Source: Macrostomum lignano (lineage: Eukaryota). From it: a stretch of DNA of 64,000 bases. The notes below the pieces were generated by a model. It searched no databases, had not been told where the DNA came from, and worked only from the letters and a program-made list of their open reading frames with translations. The translations under genes were made by a program, and so were the position numbers. Positions 44,254 to 57,060 of the stretch are shown here, piece after piece (position 1 is the first letter of the stretch; each line of letters opens with the position of its first letter). The stretch covers positions 186,001 to 250,000 of the forward strand of contig NIVC01000467.1 of assembly GCA_002269645.1 (NCBI GenBank), in the 5' to 3' direction.

Positions 44254-44751
44254 CAACACATTTTTAGTATACACTCGTATCTTCTACTTCTCTAGGCCTA
44301 TGGCTATACCTTTAAAAAGAAAACTATTTACTATGAAAATGAACGATGAGAAACATCTGTGTGTACATTAGATGGATTCATTTAGCTGAGTTTATCATAC
44401 AAATTATTTATTAGAACTTGGATTGAATTTTAGGCCTATCGAAAAATATGCATACTGGCAGTATCACAAATAAATATTTAAACTTGTTTGAGTTGGAAAT
44501 GTTGCAGTATATTAATTTTATGTCTATGTCTATTAGTTTGAGATGGCTATTGGCTATGTCTATTTCCAAAACCTGCAATTGCTCCCTTTTTTAAATGTGA
44601 CAGTAGGTGAGTAGGAGGGATAAAGATTCTAAAAGATTTCTTGTCTTGCTTGCTTTCTTATAAATATTGAGCAACAACTTTTCCTGTGCAATCATAGGCC
44701 TAGCTAGACACCCTATAGCACCTACTAGTCCATTATACTAAACGTGAGTAT

Positions 44752-44791
<40 letters not shown>

Positions 44792-44810
44792 ATGTGTGTG
44801 TATGTGTGCG
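44752..44810. repeat. (TG)n microsatellite
   Basis: Directly visible. Confidence 0.95.
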
Positions 44811-45329
44811 ACACATTTAAAAACAAACCATTTGATTAATTTTCTCCATTTTTTGACCAACTTGTAGGAAATTTATCAGAGATGGTATGATTAGTTTTTG
44901 GTATGTTTTGATCAATGTTAAGTACCTGTAAAAGGTGAAAAACAGGTGTTTTCCCTATCTAATTAGTGTATTTTTCTTGCAGTGAGAGCTCAATATGTCT
45001 ATGGCCATAGACTAGGCCTAAACTTCAATTCAAGTTCTTGAACTGATGCTATAAGCTATAAATAATTAAATATTCAAAAGTATATACACAAGGGAGAGAA
45101 AAATGTTCCTTGTGTGTAATTATATTAAGACCCTGGCTGACTGGCAGACTATATAAACAATTGCTATTTATAGATTTCATTCAACAGTGCATTGGCTCTG
45201 CCTGCACACTGAGCGGCCTATTGCTGCTATGTATTTGACTGCAGTGCCAAAGCATATATGGTTGATGTTAAAAATGGTCTGTCTATGTGTGCCCCAGGTC
45301 TTAGGTGCTTGCTGTATAGGGGATGATTG

Positions 45330-45560
45330 CTGTCTGAGGAATGCTTGCTGTCTATATAATACTTGCTGTCTAGGGAATGCTTGCTGTCTGGGGGATGCTT
45401 GCTATCTATATGATGCTTACTATCTTAGGAATGCTTGCTGTCTAGGGAATGCTTGCTATTTGGGGGATGCTTGCTGTCTGGGGGATGCTTGCTATCTAAG
45501 GGATACTTGCTGTCTGGGGGATGCTTGCTATCTAAGGGATTGCTTGCTATCTAGGGGACT
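45330..45560. repeat. 18-bp degenerate minisatellite (GATGCTTGCTGTCTGGGG)n
   Basis: Directly visible. Confidence 0.85.
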
Positions 45561-46288
45561 TGCTATATTACATCATTATTAAAATTATTACATTCTTTAT
45601 TTGCTCCCCAACAGGGGGCATAGATTGCTAGTATAATTCTCATTGTAGATATGTGACCTGCAGCAGACCTCTGCAACTTTTGCAACTTTGGCAATCTAAG
45701 GCCCTATTTGACACCCACCTAGACAAGTTTCTTTGATGCCACTGCCAGCTATGCAACACATTTGGCAATATCCTTTTTGGGTAGTGAATTATTACAATGT
45801 CTGAAACTCTCCAGTTAGTAGTCTAATAAAAACTCTGTTGTTCCATTGTTAAAACTTTGCTAAAATTTAAAAAAATAATTAAATGTGCTAAACTAGGCCT
45901 AGAGGATCTCCTTATTTTTTATATAGAAAAAATATTTTGTTGTAGTAAATAATATATATATATTTATTATTTGTAAGTAGACTATATAAATATACACCTT
46001 ACTCCGCCAATATTACTGAAGGAATAAAAAACAAACTCTTACAAAAATTGTCAAAGTATATCCTAGCGTTATAGAATCTGTAAGATTAATATAGTAGACT
46101 TAAAGTTGATAATGGATTATAAAGCTTTTGGTATTGCTTTTAATGTCATTATTTAATTAAACTTTGTAACAAATTATAAAAAACAAAGCTTTAAAAAAAC
46201 ATCATTTTTATATATTAAACTAGGCCTAAAAACATTTAAGCTTTGTCCTTGTATTAATAGTTAAATAAAACAACAACATGGATACAAA

Positions 46289-47925
46289 GGCTACAGGTCA
46301 AAAGGGCGACAGATCAAAAGGGCGACAGTTAAAAGGGCGATAGTCAAAAGGGCGACAGTCAAAAGGGCGACAGTTACAGTGTATTTATATTGAAAATACG
46401 AGTTCCACGTACATTAAAAGTATTTGTTAAAAGTAGTAAACATGTATCATACTTGTATTTGTTAAAATATGTTGTTAAAATTGTACAAGCAGTTAAAATG
46501 GGGTTGTATAAAAGCTGTACACGTATTGGACACACTATTAAATGTTAAAATGTGGTTCAGTGAGGTCCAATTTTTTCACTAACCTCTACGGGGATCATTC
46601 ACGCTTCATTGAATAGGAGCTTGATGAGCAGGTAGAATTAGATGTTTCCTCGCTAGGCTCTGTAGTGCTCTTCTCGTGCAATTTGAGGTGCTGACTGAAA
46701 CAGTTTTTGTCGCCTGAGTTTCAACACGCTGTTTCAACTTTCTTTCCTCTGCTGGTCTATGAAGTGGAGGATGGTTGTGGTGACTGTGGCCTTTGGTGAA
46801 GGTGTCACCCTTTTGAACCACTGTGGCGCCACAGTGTGCTTTGCGCTGCGAGCATTGCCAGTATGTGTTGTTGCCACGAGTCCGTGACACACCAAAGCTG
46901 TATTGATTATCCACAATTAATATATCTTTCTTCTTGTTTGAGCCATCATGAATCAATTCAAAATTTGCAATCTCCCGAGGAGCTGGATCTCGAATGCTTA
47001 TGCTAGTGTCCGTTGGCACACCATCCTGACTGACATCATTTCCATCCACATCCTTGCTCACATCCTCACTCTGAGTGATATCCTCATCCTCAAAAATTAC
47101 CTCTACCGATGGTTGATTGGCATCCTGCTCAGGAGCATGATTGCTGACAGTGTCCTGTGGCTATTGCTGCAGGATACTACAGTTACTGCACCTCCAGTCA
47201 AAGTTGTCCAAATGCTAGAGAGTGCGATATTGCTTTTGTGTAATGCCACTGTTGCATGTTTGGTGTTGCCAACGATTGCAGCCATCACACTGCAAGCCTT
47301 GCTGATGTTGGCGGACCTCATTTTCACATACTATGCATGAGTTATCCATTTTAAAGAAATCAATATGCAGCCTGCTTCCATCAGCTTTCTACGAGCATAA
47401 CTATATGTAGCTATATATGCACCCAACTAAACCAAATGGCTACATGTACACACTCAAGCTCAACGCAGCCCTTACCTATCCCCTTATACCCCCCAAAAAA
47501 TGTACATCATTAGATCAACAATAAATAGAATTTCACAGTCCTAGTTTGGTGCCAACAAAAAACTTAAGACAGTAATTGTAAGAGAGCAGCTTTTTTAAAT
47601 TTAGGCGTGGCAACCACACTCAGCACTTATATGGTATAGTGATTTCAATGAATGAAATAAATAAACCCCACTGATCTATGTTTCAATATACAATGTATGA
47701 GTGTACATTAAATATTAGAACCCCATTCTAACATACAAGTACAAATTGTTAGCACAAAAATTGTTATTGCTAAGATTCTAAGATTTTCTAAGAAACGAGG
47801 TTTCCCGTCCTTCCACTTAAGTAGTTCTTGGTCTAATACCCTGTCGCCCTTTTGACTGTCGCCCTTTTGATTGTCGCCCTTTTAATTGTCGCCCTTTTCA
47901 TCTGTCGCCCTTTTGATCAGTTGCC
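46289..47925 (-). mobile_element. Mutator-like (Phantom-type) non-autonomous element encoding PHD + FLYWCH fingers
   Basis: Inverted terminal arrays of five (TCAAAAGGGCGACAG) units at each end. TSD GATACAAA(G) at 46281-46289 and 47926-47934. Internal relic ORF 46606-47349. Confidence 0.85.
46606..47349 (-). pseudogene. PHD finger-FLYWCH zinc finger ORF with two in-frame TAG stops
   Basis: MDNSCIVC...LQCDGCNRWQHQTC...*...WRCSNC (C4-H-C3 PHD; TAG at 47215-47217 and 47161-47163), in frame with YWQCSQRKAHCGATV...HNHPP (FLYWCH). Confidence 0.8.
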
Positions 47926-49355
47926 GATACAAAGAATTCTATGCTTTAACGTTTAGGCTTAAATGGTTTTAGGTCAATTTTTGTTACAAAAAACATTTAT
48001 CTCAACTCTTTTCTTTTTGCAGTATACATAATAGCAATGAGGCAAACAAGTTTGATAAAAATTTAAAGGGACATAATATGTATAATTTTCAGAAGACTTA
48101 CCTGGCATATGGGGATTGATAAGGCCTAGACTCAGCAATTAATTTATAAGGGCCTATATCTAAGTCTTATGCATAAGTGCCATACTTAAACATTTGAAGA
48201 CTATCAAAAATATTTTGTGTTCAATATATTCTAATTAACTAAAAGGTACTTAAGTCCTTATATAATACATTTATGAATATTTTTTATAATTTAGTTTCTG
48301 TTATATCATTGTAACATCAACTTCCTAGATACTAACCCCAGATCCCAAATTAGCTCCTTGCTTTTTTCCCCTATTGGAATAAATGTTGAAAACTTGCGGA
48401 TGCCCACTTCAGAAAAAGAGTCAAATTATTTTACTGCACTTTAGGATTATTAGAAATCATTTTCTATCAAACTCAAAGTTTGCTAACTTTCTAAAACCAT
48501 AATTAATATTTTCCAAAATCAAAATTCAGAAAAACAAAGTTTAGTATGACCAAAACTCACTTTTTTATTCTTGATTTACTGCTTATGCAAAACAAAATAC
48601 ATGTATATGTAGCACAAATTAGTTTATTTTTAGCCACTCTTTTACATACTTCCAAAATGTTGACTTCCAAAATGTTTTTTTAAATCAAAATTCACTCTTA
48701 AAAATTCCAAATTTTGGAACATCTCTAAGCATTATACAAGAAATTATGAGTGTATAGGCCCCTTCTACAAAGGTATTAGGCCCTCTTCCATGTATATTTA
48801 TTTGCTAGAGCAGTAGCCAGCAGGAAAGGGCAGCGCGCGCACAGGCGCTGTGCACCTGTGTGCACACTGCACTTTAGTAAAATTTTGAAAGTGCACTGGA
48901 CGCTGTCCGCAGTTTTACAACTTTTTCCTATAGGGCTTTATGTTACATTTCATTTGAATTATAAATAATTTTATCATTATTTGGACTGTTGGTAGGCCTA
49001 TTGTATCAATTGTCAAACTTAAATAATCAACAAACATGGAGTCATTCTGTAGACTTCTGCAAGTTCCTTTATTAAGAATGAGGTAGAGATGTTGATATTT
49101 TATTTTATTTTTAATTCTTTTCTCTAATGCCTTCTTGTGTTTCTCCTAAATTTATACTTAGGCTGCCAAATAGGACAATGATTCTGATGCTTAAGACTAA
49201 CATATATAATTTTTTAAATTAAGTTTTAACTTTTGGTTTTGTAATAATACTTTAATAAAGTTTCTTAATTATTTCCTCATTTTATGTGTGACTACTATAC
49301 ACTGGTTACTTAATAGAACACAATAAATACATCTCAAGTCAATTAAAGTAGAAGC

Positions 49356-52144
49356 ATGGCTCGCAACTCTGAGAAGGCCATGACAGCTTTGGCGCGTTGG
49401 CGAAGTGTTTTTGTTGACAAGGCGCACGAGAAGGCTCGTCGACGGCCATATTTAGCCACAGAGTGCAACGATTTACAAGAAGCCATTCGCTGGCGTCGGG
49501 ATATTATCAAGGAGATCGCGTTCAAGGTTTGTTTATTTATTCACAGATTAGTAGGTAATTAGCTGAGATAAGAATTTACTATGGCATCTCAGCCACTCAC
49601 TCTCGTTAAAGTACAATGAAATGTTGGATGAGAGTAGATCTCATATCAGATCTTACCATGAGATCTCACTATGAGTTCTACTCTCATCTCATCTCATCTC
49701 ATCGTTTCATGGTGAAATCTCAATGATTAATCAGCGAAATATAATGAGAAATAGGGTGAGATCTAGTTAAAGTACTTGATAGGAGTAAGTATGAGATGTA
49801 GGGTGATAGTAGATCTCACCTGAGATATTTAGCATGATATCTCACTATGAGATTTACTCTCATCTTATCTAATCGTTTCTTGGTGAGATTTCAATGATAA
49901 TCTGCCAAAATACAATGAAAAGTAGAGTGAGATCTAGTAAAAGTACAATGAGAGTAAGCATGAGACAAAAAGTGAGAGTAGATCTCACCTGAAATCTCAC
50001 CATGAGATGTCACTATGAGGTTTATTCTTATCTTATCTCATTGTTTCAGAGTAAGATTAGATCTCACCTGAGATTTCAGCATGATATCTCATTATGAGAT
50101 TTATTTTCATCTTATCTCATCGTTTCATGGTGAGATCTCGCCATGAGATAATGAGTTGGAATTGCTCTATAGTAACATGAGTAATAATTGTGCAGTAGCG
50201 GGGTTCGATTCCACAACTGCTGACTAATTACAACCACCCGCCCCACCCCCACAAACCTTCTGCCAGGTGGGCCAAATTCAAAACCCCGGCCTTGGCGAAT
50301 TCAAGCTCCGAGATTTAAACGACGAAATCAATAAATTATTTCGCGAGAAATCCCATTGGGAAGATCGAATCAAGGAGCTGGGCGGGCCGGACTATCGCAA
50401 GGACGCGCCCCGGATGCTGGAACGCGACGGCAAAGAGGCGCCGGGATGTCGGGGCTACCGCTACTTCGGCGCCACCAGGTTTCTGCCCGGAGTTCGGGAA
50501 TTGTTCGAGGCCGATCCGACTCCGCCGCCTAGGAAAACTCGCGGCGAGTTGGCAAAATTTATTGACGTTGATTATTACGGCTACAGGGATGAGGAAGATG
50601 GTATTGTGCTGGAACAGGAGGCTGCTAGGTGAGACTCTGATCTGAGAATCACTCTCTCTAATCTGAGGATCACTCTCTCTAATCTCAGAAGCACTCTCTG
50701 ATCTGAGAATTACTCTCTGATCTGAGAATCACTCTCTAATCTGAGAATCATTCTCTCTAATCTCAGAAGCACTCTCTGATCTGAGAATTACTCTCTGATC
50801 TGAGAATCACTCTCTAATCTGAGAATCATTCTCTCTAATCTCAGAAGCACTCTCTGATCTGAGAATTACTCTCTGATCTGAGAATCACTCTCTAATCTGA
50901 GAATCACTCTCTCTCTCTCTAATCCGAGAATCACTCTCTGATCTGAGACTGAGAATCATTCTCTGATCTGAGAATCACTCTCTAATCTGAGAATCACTCT
51001 CTGATCTGAGACTGAGAATCATTCTCTCTAATCTCAGAAGCACTCTCTGATCTGAGAATTACTCTCTGATCTGAGAATCACTCTCTAATCTGAGAATCAC
51101 TCTCTCTCTAGTCCGAGAATCACTCTCTCTCTAGTCCGAGAATCACTCTCTAATCTGAGAATCAATCTCTCTCTAGTCCGAGAATCACTCTCTAATCTGA
51201 GAATCACTCTCTCTCTAGTCCGAGAATCACTCTCTAATCTGAGAATCACTCTCTCTCTAGTCCGAGAATCACTCTCTAATCTGAGAATCACTCTCTCTCT
51301 AGTCCGAGAATCACTCTCTAATCTGAGAATCACTCTCTCTCTCTCTAATCCGAGAATCACTCTCTGATCTGAGACTGAGAATCATTCTCTGATCTGAGAA
51401 TCACTCTCTAATCCGAGAATCACTCTCTGATCTGAGACTGAGAATCATTCTCTGATCTGAGAATCACTCTCTAATCTGAGAATCACTCTCTAATCTGAGA
51501 ATCACTCTCTAATCTGAGAATCACTCTCTAATCTGAGAATCACTCTTTCTAATCTGAGGATCACTCTCTCTAATCTCAGAAGCACTCTCTGATCTGAGAA
51601 TCACTCTCTTTAATCTGAGAATCACTCTCTCTAATCTGAAAACTGCACTCCAACCTCCCGCAGAGAGGCTCAGCTCAAGGTCATTCTAGCCAAAGAGCGG
51701 CGCAATCGCTTGGCCACCCTGGCAGCCGGCGAGCGACCATCGCGCGGAATTCTCGACGCCTCCGACGACGAACAAGAGGACCGGGACGCCTCCGACCCGG
51801 CCTCGTCTTCGATTTATCGGGTCGAATCGAATCCAGCCGATGACGAGATTCTTGGCGGCGACAGTTCAATGGCTGGATCGGCTGTTGAATCGTCTGCTGC
51901 CGGGGCTGCTGGCGGCAGCTACACGGACAAGATGATAGCCAGTTACCGAGCCCACGTGCCCGTGCCCAGCCAGAAAGAGATCGAAGCGGCTCTGTTAGAA
52001 CGAAAGAAGGCGATCTTATTGAACCAGTACATGACAGACGATATGATTGAACGGGCTAGAGAAACCGAAGCCATGCTAGGCGTGCAGACTGACGAAGCTG
52101 AACAAGATGAAGAGGAGGAGAATGATGATGAGGCTAATAAATAA
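49356..52144 (+). CDS. ISY1: Pre-mRNA splicing factor ISY1, 3 exons (49356-49526, 50267-50628, 51664-52144), 337 aa
   Basis: MARNSEKAMTALARW, RRPYLATEC, IQNPGLGEFKLRDLNDEINKLFREK, GYRYFGA, YYGYRDEEDG and HVPVPSQKEIE. Exons total 1014 nt with consistent phases. Confidence 0.96.
49605..50155. repeat. Diverged tandem repeat of about 165-170 bp, rich in (G)AGATCT(C) motifs, in ISY1 intron 1
   Basis: Units start with T(T/A)AAAGTAC at about 49607, 49768 and 49938. Confidence 0.7.
50632..51640. repeat. 19-21-bp minisatellite (CTGAGAATCACTCTCTAAT)n filling ISY1 intron 2
   Basis: Directly visible. Confidence 0.93.
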
Positions 52145-52348
52145 TTTAGTTGGCTAAATTCACGATTTAATGTGTCGGCATTTTGTGTATCTTACGAACT
52201 GCGCTTGTATCAATCAGTATTGTACAAATCAAAAATATACATGTAATAAGCAGTGCCATAAATAATCCCATGGTGGGTTACAAATTGGTTGTAACAAATT
52301 TTTAGTTGGTTTTTTATTTTATTTATCAATACGAGTACTTCGATTTAA

Positions 52349-52530
52349 TCTGACAGGTCGGGGGTTCGATTCCCGATCCCACTAGAACAATTTGTATCCT
52401 TGAGCAAGACACTTAACCCTGCACTGCTTCAGTTCACCCAGTTGGAGTCATGCTTTCAGATGCGCCGCGCAATAGCTGCGACTGAGCTGTCGGTTGCACA
52501 TCTGGCCATTTGAGCAGGTGTAATCATTAG
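52349..52530 (+). mobile_element. SINE family 2 (CORE-like), 5'-truncated
   Basis: B box GGTTCGATTCC, then TGTATCCTTGAGCAAGACACTTAACCCTGCACTGCTTCAGTT. The 3' part matches 38004-38223. Confidence 0.72.
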
Positions 52531-55450
52531 GGTCATATAATGATTGAAAAGCATATATAAGGATCATGCGATGACTGAATAGCATGATCTTAGGGTCATA
52601 TAATGACTGAATATAGCATAGGGTCATATAATGACTGAATAGCATGATCTTAGGGTCATGTGATGATTAAATAGCATGATCTTAGGGTCATGTGATGATT
52701 GAATAGCATGATCTTAGGGTCATGTGATGACTGAATAACATGATCTTGTGGTCATGTGATGATTGAATAGCATGATCTTAGGGTCATGTGATGATTGAAT
52801 AGCATGATCTTAGGGTCATGTGATGACTGAATAACATGATCTTAGGGTCATGTGATGATTGAATAGCATGATCTTGTGGTCATGTGATGATTGAATAGCA
52901 TGATCTTGTACAACAACAACAACAAAATACGCGGCCCCGCAAGCAAAGTCAGTTAGAGCAGGGCGCGTCAGATGGCGCGCCGCAGAGCCTGGGAGCGAAC
53001 GAAATCCGCTCCGTTGGCAGTGTCGGGCGCCCCAGCGTCGCACAGCAGGCAGTCCACGTATCGACGGGTTCGGGCATGACCCCGCCTGAACGGGCCCTGC
53101 AAGGTGAGCAGCAGGACGTCCTGAACGGGTTGGGGGCAGTAGCCCTCGGCCCGGATCACGTGGCCCGCCAGTTGGAGTCGCCGTCGGCGCAGGATGGTGG
53201 ACGGGCGCTGCAGCTTGGCCCGATCGTACAGGGCCTCGGTCCCGACGCTCTCGTCAGCTCGAAAGGCCGCACGGAGCAGCCCTGAGTGCGCCGAGTCCAG
53301 CTGCCGCTCCAGCGTAGCCGTCAGCGTCCACGTCTCGGCGTTGTAGAGCAGGACGGTTTCGACCACCGCCTGCCACAGCCGAGCCCTCTGGCGGTCGGGC
53401 AGCGCTTCGGACTGGAGGACGGCTCGGATCGAACGAAAGGCCGCCCAGGCAAGTCCTCTGCGCCGCCGGAGGTCTTCTTCCACGTGGGGCACCAGACCGC
53501 CGAGGTAGGTGAACCGCTGGCAACGTGCGAGCCTGGTCGTCTGCCCGTCTGCGCCGCGGCATGTCAGGTCTGCTGGGATTTCGGCCGGCACAGTCAGCAC
53601 CTCGGTCTTTAGCGTGTTGACAACCAGACCGACGCTCGATGCTACCTCGACCAACCTGTCGATCTGGCGCTGGGCGCCTCCAACAGACGAGGACAGGAGG
53701 GCGAGGTCGTCGGCGTAGCCAAGCACGCTTAGGCGCTTTTCGCCGTGGCGGCGACCGATGCGTCTGCGCAGCAGGAAGCCGTCATTAGCCGAGGGGAGTG
53801 CGGTCCGAAGCACCCAGTCCAGCAGCAGCACGAAGAGGAACGGCGCCAAGGTGTCTCCCTGCAGAACTCCTGATGAAGTGTCGAACAGGTCAGACAGGCC
53901 GTCCGCCGTCACCACAGCAGCTCGAGTATCGCAATACAGCGCCATGACAGCGTCGATTAGCTGCTGGGGCACCCGGTAGGCTCGAAGGACAAAGGGGAGA
54001 GCGGCTCTCAACACCGAGTCAAACGCCTTTCGGAAGTCAACGAAGACAATGATCAGCGTAGACTGGCGGATGCGCGCCTCCTCGATGACACGGCGGAGTG
54101 CGAGGATCTGTGTCACTGTACCGCGTTGCGGCCGGAATCCGTTCTGCTCGTACCGCAGGTACGGGTCCAGCACCGACTGCAGACGATCGAGCAGCAGCCG
54201 GTTGAAGAGCTTCGCGGTGCAGGACATCAGCGAGATCCCGCGGTGGTCTTCTTTCCGCGTTGTCCCTGCCTTCTTCGGGATTGGCACGATGTGCGCGACG
54301 GTCCACTCGGTGGGCGCAGGAGCGCCGGCGAGCACGCGGTTCATGACGCCTGTGACCTGGGAGGCCACACAGCGGAGCCGCAGCGCTTCGACCGGGACTT
54401 CGTCGGGGCCGAGCGCCTTGCCGCCTGATGTTTTCCGAGCGAACAGCACAACGTCCTCCGTGGTGACTGGTCTGGTGCAGAAGTCCTCCTCAGCTGGGAG
54501 CGGCGTGTCCAGTGGGAGCGCAAAGCTGGCGGGCAGCGGCGATGCGGGCGCGTTCACAATGCCGGCGAAGAAGTCGCGCAATTCATTCCTGCGCTCCTCC
54601 GGAGTGTCGCCGGCCAGATTCAGCGCCACGCGCTTTTTGCGCCCCGTCAGAGTCCGGACGGCCGTCCACACTGCGCGGCTCTTCACGTCGGGGCCGGCTG
54701 CAGTGATGGACCTAATGGCGTCGTCGACAGCGGCCTGCTGCCGCTCGTCAAGAAGGCGCTCAAATGCGTCTTCAGCTTCGCCTGTGGGCCTCCGGTTTCT
54801 GCGGAGTCGCTCGATGTTGAGCCGCGCCTGCCTGATGGCGGGGTCGCTCTGCCAGGCAGGCAACAATTTTTGCGCTGGCCGCATCAGCGGGACTGTCTGC
54901 TCTGCAGCGGCTCTAACGGCGGTGCTGATGTCGGAATACTCCGCCTCGCGCTGGTCTCCAAGCGAGCCGACGAAGGCACCCGCAAATTGACGCTTCACAC
55001 GGGTGTCCAACAGTGCACGATAGTAGCGCCGTGGCCGCTGCTTTGGCGGTCGGTAGAGCTGATCGCGGAGCCGCAAGTCGCAGATCAGGAGTCGGTGGTC
55101 TGACCGGAGAGCCAGCGGAGCCATGGTGTCGCAGTTGGTGACGCGGCGGCGCTCGCGAGTGCGAACCAGCGCATGATCGAGATTTTTTGATCTTGTGGTC
55201 ATGTGATGATTGAATAGCATGATCTTAGGGTCATGTGATGACTGAATAACATGATCTTAGGGTCATGTGATGACTGAATAACATGATCTTAGGGTCATGT
55301 GATGATTGAATAGCATGATCTTGTGGTCATGTGATGATTGAATAGCATGATCTTTTAGGGTCATGTGATGATTGAATAGCATGATCTTAGGGTCATGTGA
55401 TGATTGAATAGCATGATCTTAGGGTCATGTGATGATTAAATAGAATGATC
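52530..55450. repeat. 32-bp minisatellite (GGGTCATGTGATGATTGAATAGCATGATCTTA)n, split by an RTE-like insertion
   Basis: Arrays at 52530-52909 and 55188-55450. Confidence 0.92.
52910..55187 (-). mobile_element. RTE/RTEX-like non-LTR retrotransposon, 5'-truncated, RT ORF intact
   Basis: Open ORF to the stop at 52968 with GVLQGDTLAPFLF and GYADD; short 3' UTR; (TTG)n tail; 9-bp TSD TGATCTTGT at 52901-52909 and 55188-55196. Confidence 0.93.
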
Positions 55451-55809
55451 TTAGGGCCCTCTAATGACTGAATAGTTTAGAGCCTGTAGTAGTATGGTCT
55501 TGGTTCTTAGGCCCATGCATGATCTTCAGGGTTATAGTAAGGGTCCATAGCAACGGATCGATTGATGAAAAATGAAATCAATAAAACAAAAATAATTGCA
55601 AAAACAGTTGTCAATAAAGTTTTCATTTAAATCGCCACTGGTCAGCTACTTCAAGAAGTTTTTTGAGCTGTGTGAGAGTTTATTTCTTTGGTTATCTTCA
55701 CAATGTTTCAACCAAAATGTTAATTAATTATTGACAGTTTCTTAAAAAATGAGTACAGATCTATTATCAAGTTCCGTTATCTCGCTATCTCAAAGTACAA
55801 CTGCAGTGT

Positions 55810-56013
55810 TCACTTGCTCAGCGTCACCAGGCTGCTCTTGTAGCGACTGTGGCTGCTGTGATTTGCCGGCTTCATCATAGCCTCCCTGGGCGGCACTTCG
55901 TATTTGCTGTCAACCCGAGCTCGCTCTTCAACGTTGTAAACCAACTGTTCGCGCCTGTCCAAGTAGAGCGAGTCATCGTGCTCGTGGTTTGGGATCATGC
56001 CGATTGCGGCGTT
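55810..56013 (-). other. Possible orphan terminal coding exon (67 aa plus stop)
   Basis: Acceptor AAACGCAG (phase 0), coding-like composition and a minus-strand AATAAA near 55680. No upstream partner exon identified. Confidence 0.35.
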
Positions 56014-56064
56014 CTGCGTTTAGGGTTGCGGTTAGATCACGTGTGTATCTTGTTTGCTTATCTC

Positions 56065-57060
56065 TCACCTGTCTCTTCTCACCCTTCATCTGTTCCTTGC
56101 GTGTCTGTCTCAGTGACTCTACTGTCTCTTCTCACCCTTCATCTGTTCCTTGCGTGTCTGTCTCAGTGACTCTACTGTCTCTTCTCACCCTTCATCTGTT
56201 CCTTGCGTGTCTGTCTCAGTGACTCTCCTGTCTCTTCTCACCCTTCAATTGTTCCTTGTCTGTCTGTCTCAGTGACTCTCCTGTCTCTTCTTACCCTTCA
56301 TCTGTTCCTTGCGTGTCTGTCTTAGTGACTCTTCCTGTCTCTTCTCACCCTTCATCTGTTCCTTGTCTGTCTGTCTCAGTGACTCTTCCTGTCTCTTCTC
56401 ACCCTTCATCTGTTCCTTGTCTGTCTGTCTCAGTGACTCTCCTGTCTCTTCTTACCCTTCATCTGTTCCTTGCGTGTCTGTCTTAGTGACTCTTCCTGTC
56501 TCTTCTCACCCTTCATCTGTTCCTTGTCTGTCTGTCTCAGTGACTCTTCCTGTCTCTTCTCACCCTTCATCTGTTCCTTGTCTGTCTGTCTCAGTGGCTC
56601 TTCCTGTCTCTTCTCACCCTTCATCTGTTCCTTGTCTGTCTGTCTCAGTGACCCTCTTGTCTCTTCTCACCCTTCATCTGTTCCTTGTCTGTCTGTCTCA
56701 GTGGCTCTTCCTGTCTCTTCTCACCCTTCATCTGTTCCTTGTCTGTCTGTCTCAGTGACCCTCTTGTCTCTTCTCACCCTTCATCTGTTCCTTGTCTGTC
56801 TGTCTCAGTGACCCTCTTGTCTCTTCTCACCCTTCATCTGTTCCTTGTCTGTCTGTCTCAGTGACCCTCTTGTCTCTTCTCACCCTTCATCTGTTCCTTG
56901 TCTGTCTGTCTCAGTGACCCTCTTGTCTCTTCTCACCCTTCATCTGTTCCTTGTCTGTCTGTCTCAGTGGCTCTTCCTGTCTCTTCTCACCCTTCATCTG
57001 TTCCTTGTCTGTCTGTCTCAGTGACTCTCTTGTCTCTTCTCACCCTTCATCTGCTCCTGT
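56065..57060. repeat. 53-54-bp pyrimidine-rich minisatellite
   Basis: CTGTCTCTTCTCACCCTTCATCTGTTCCTTGTCTGTCTGTCTCAGTGACTCT(T)C units. Confidence 0.93.

Noticed and set aside
45187-45582. Cys-rich ORF (NACCLG/DACYL repeats) resembling a metallothionein or keratin-associated protein
   Set aside because: It coincides with an 18-bp minisatellite and has no ATG start or splice support.
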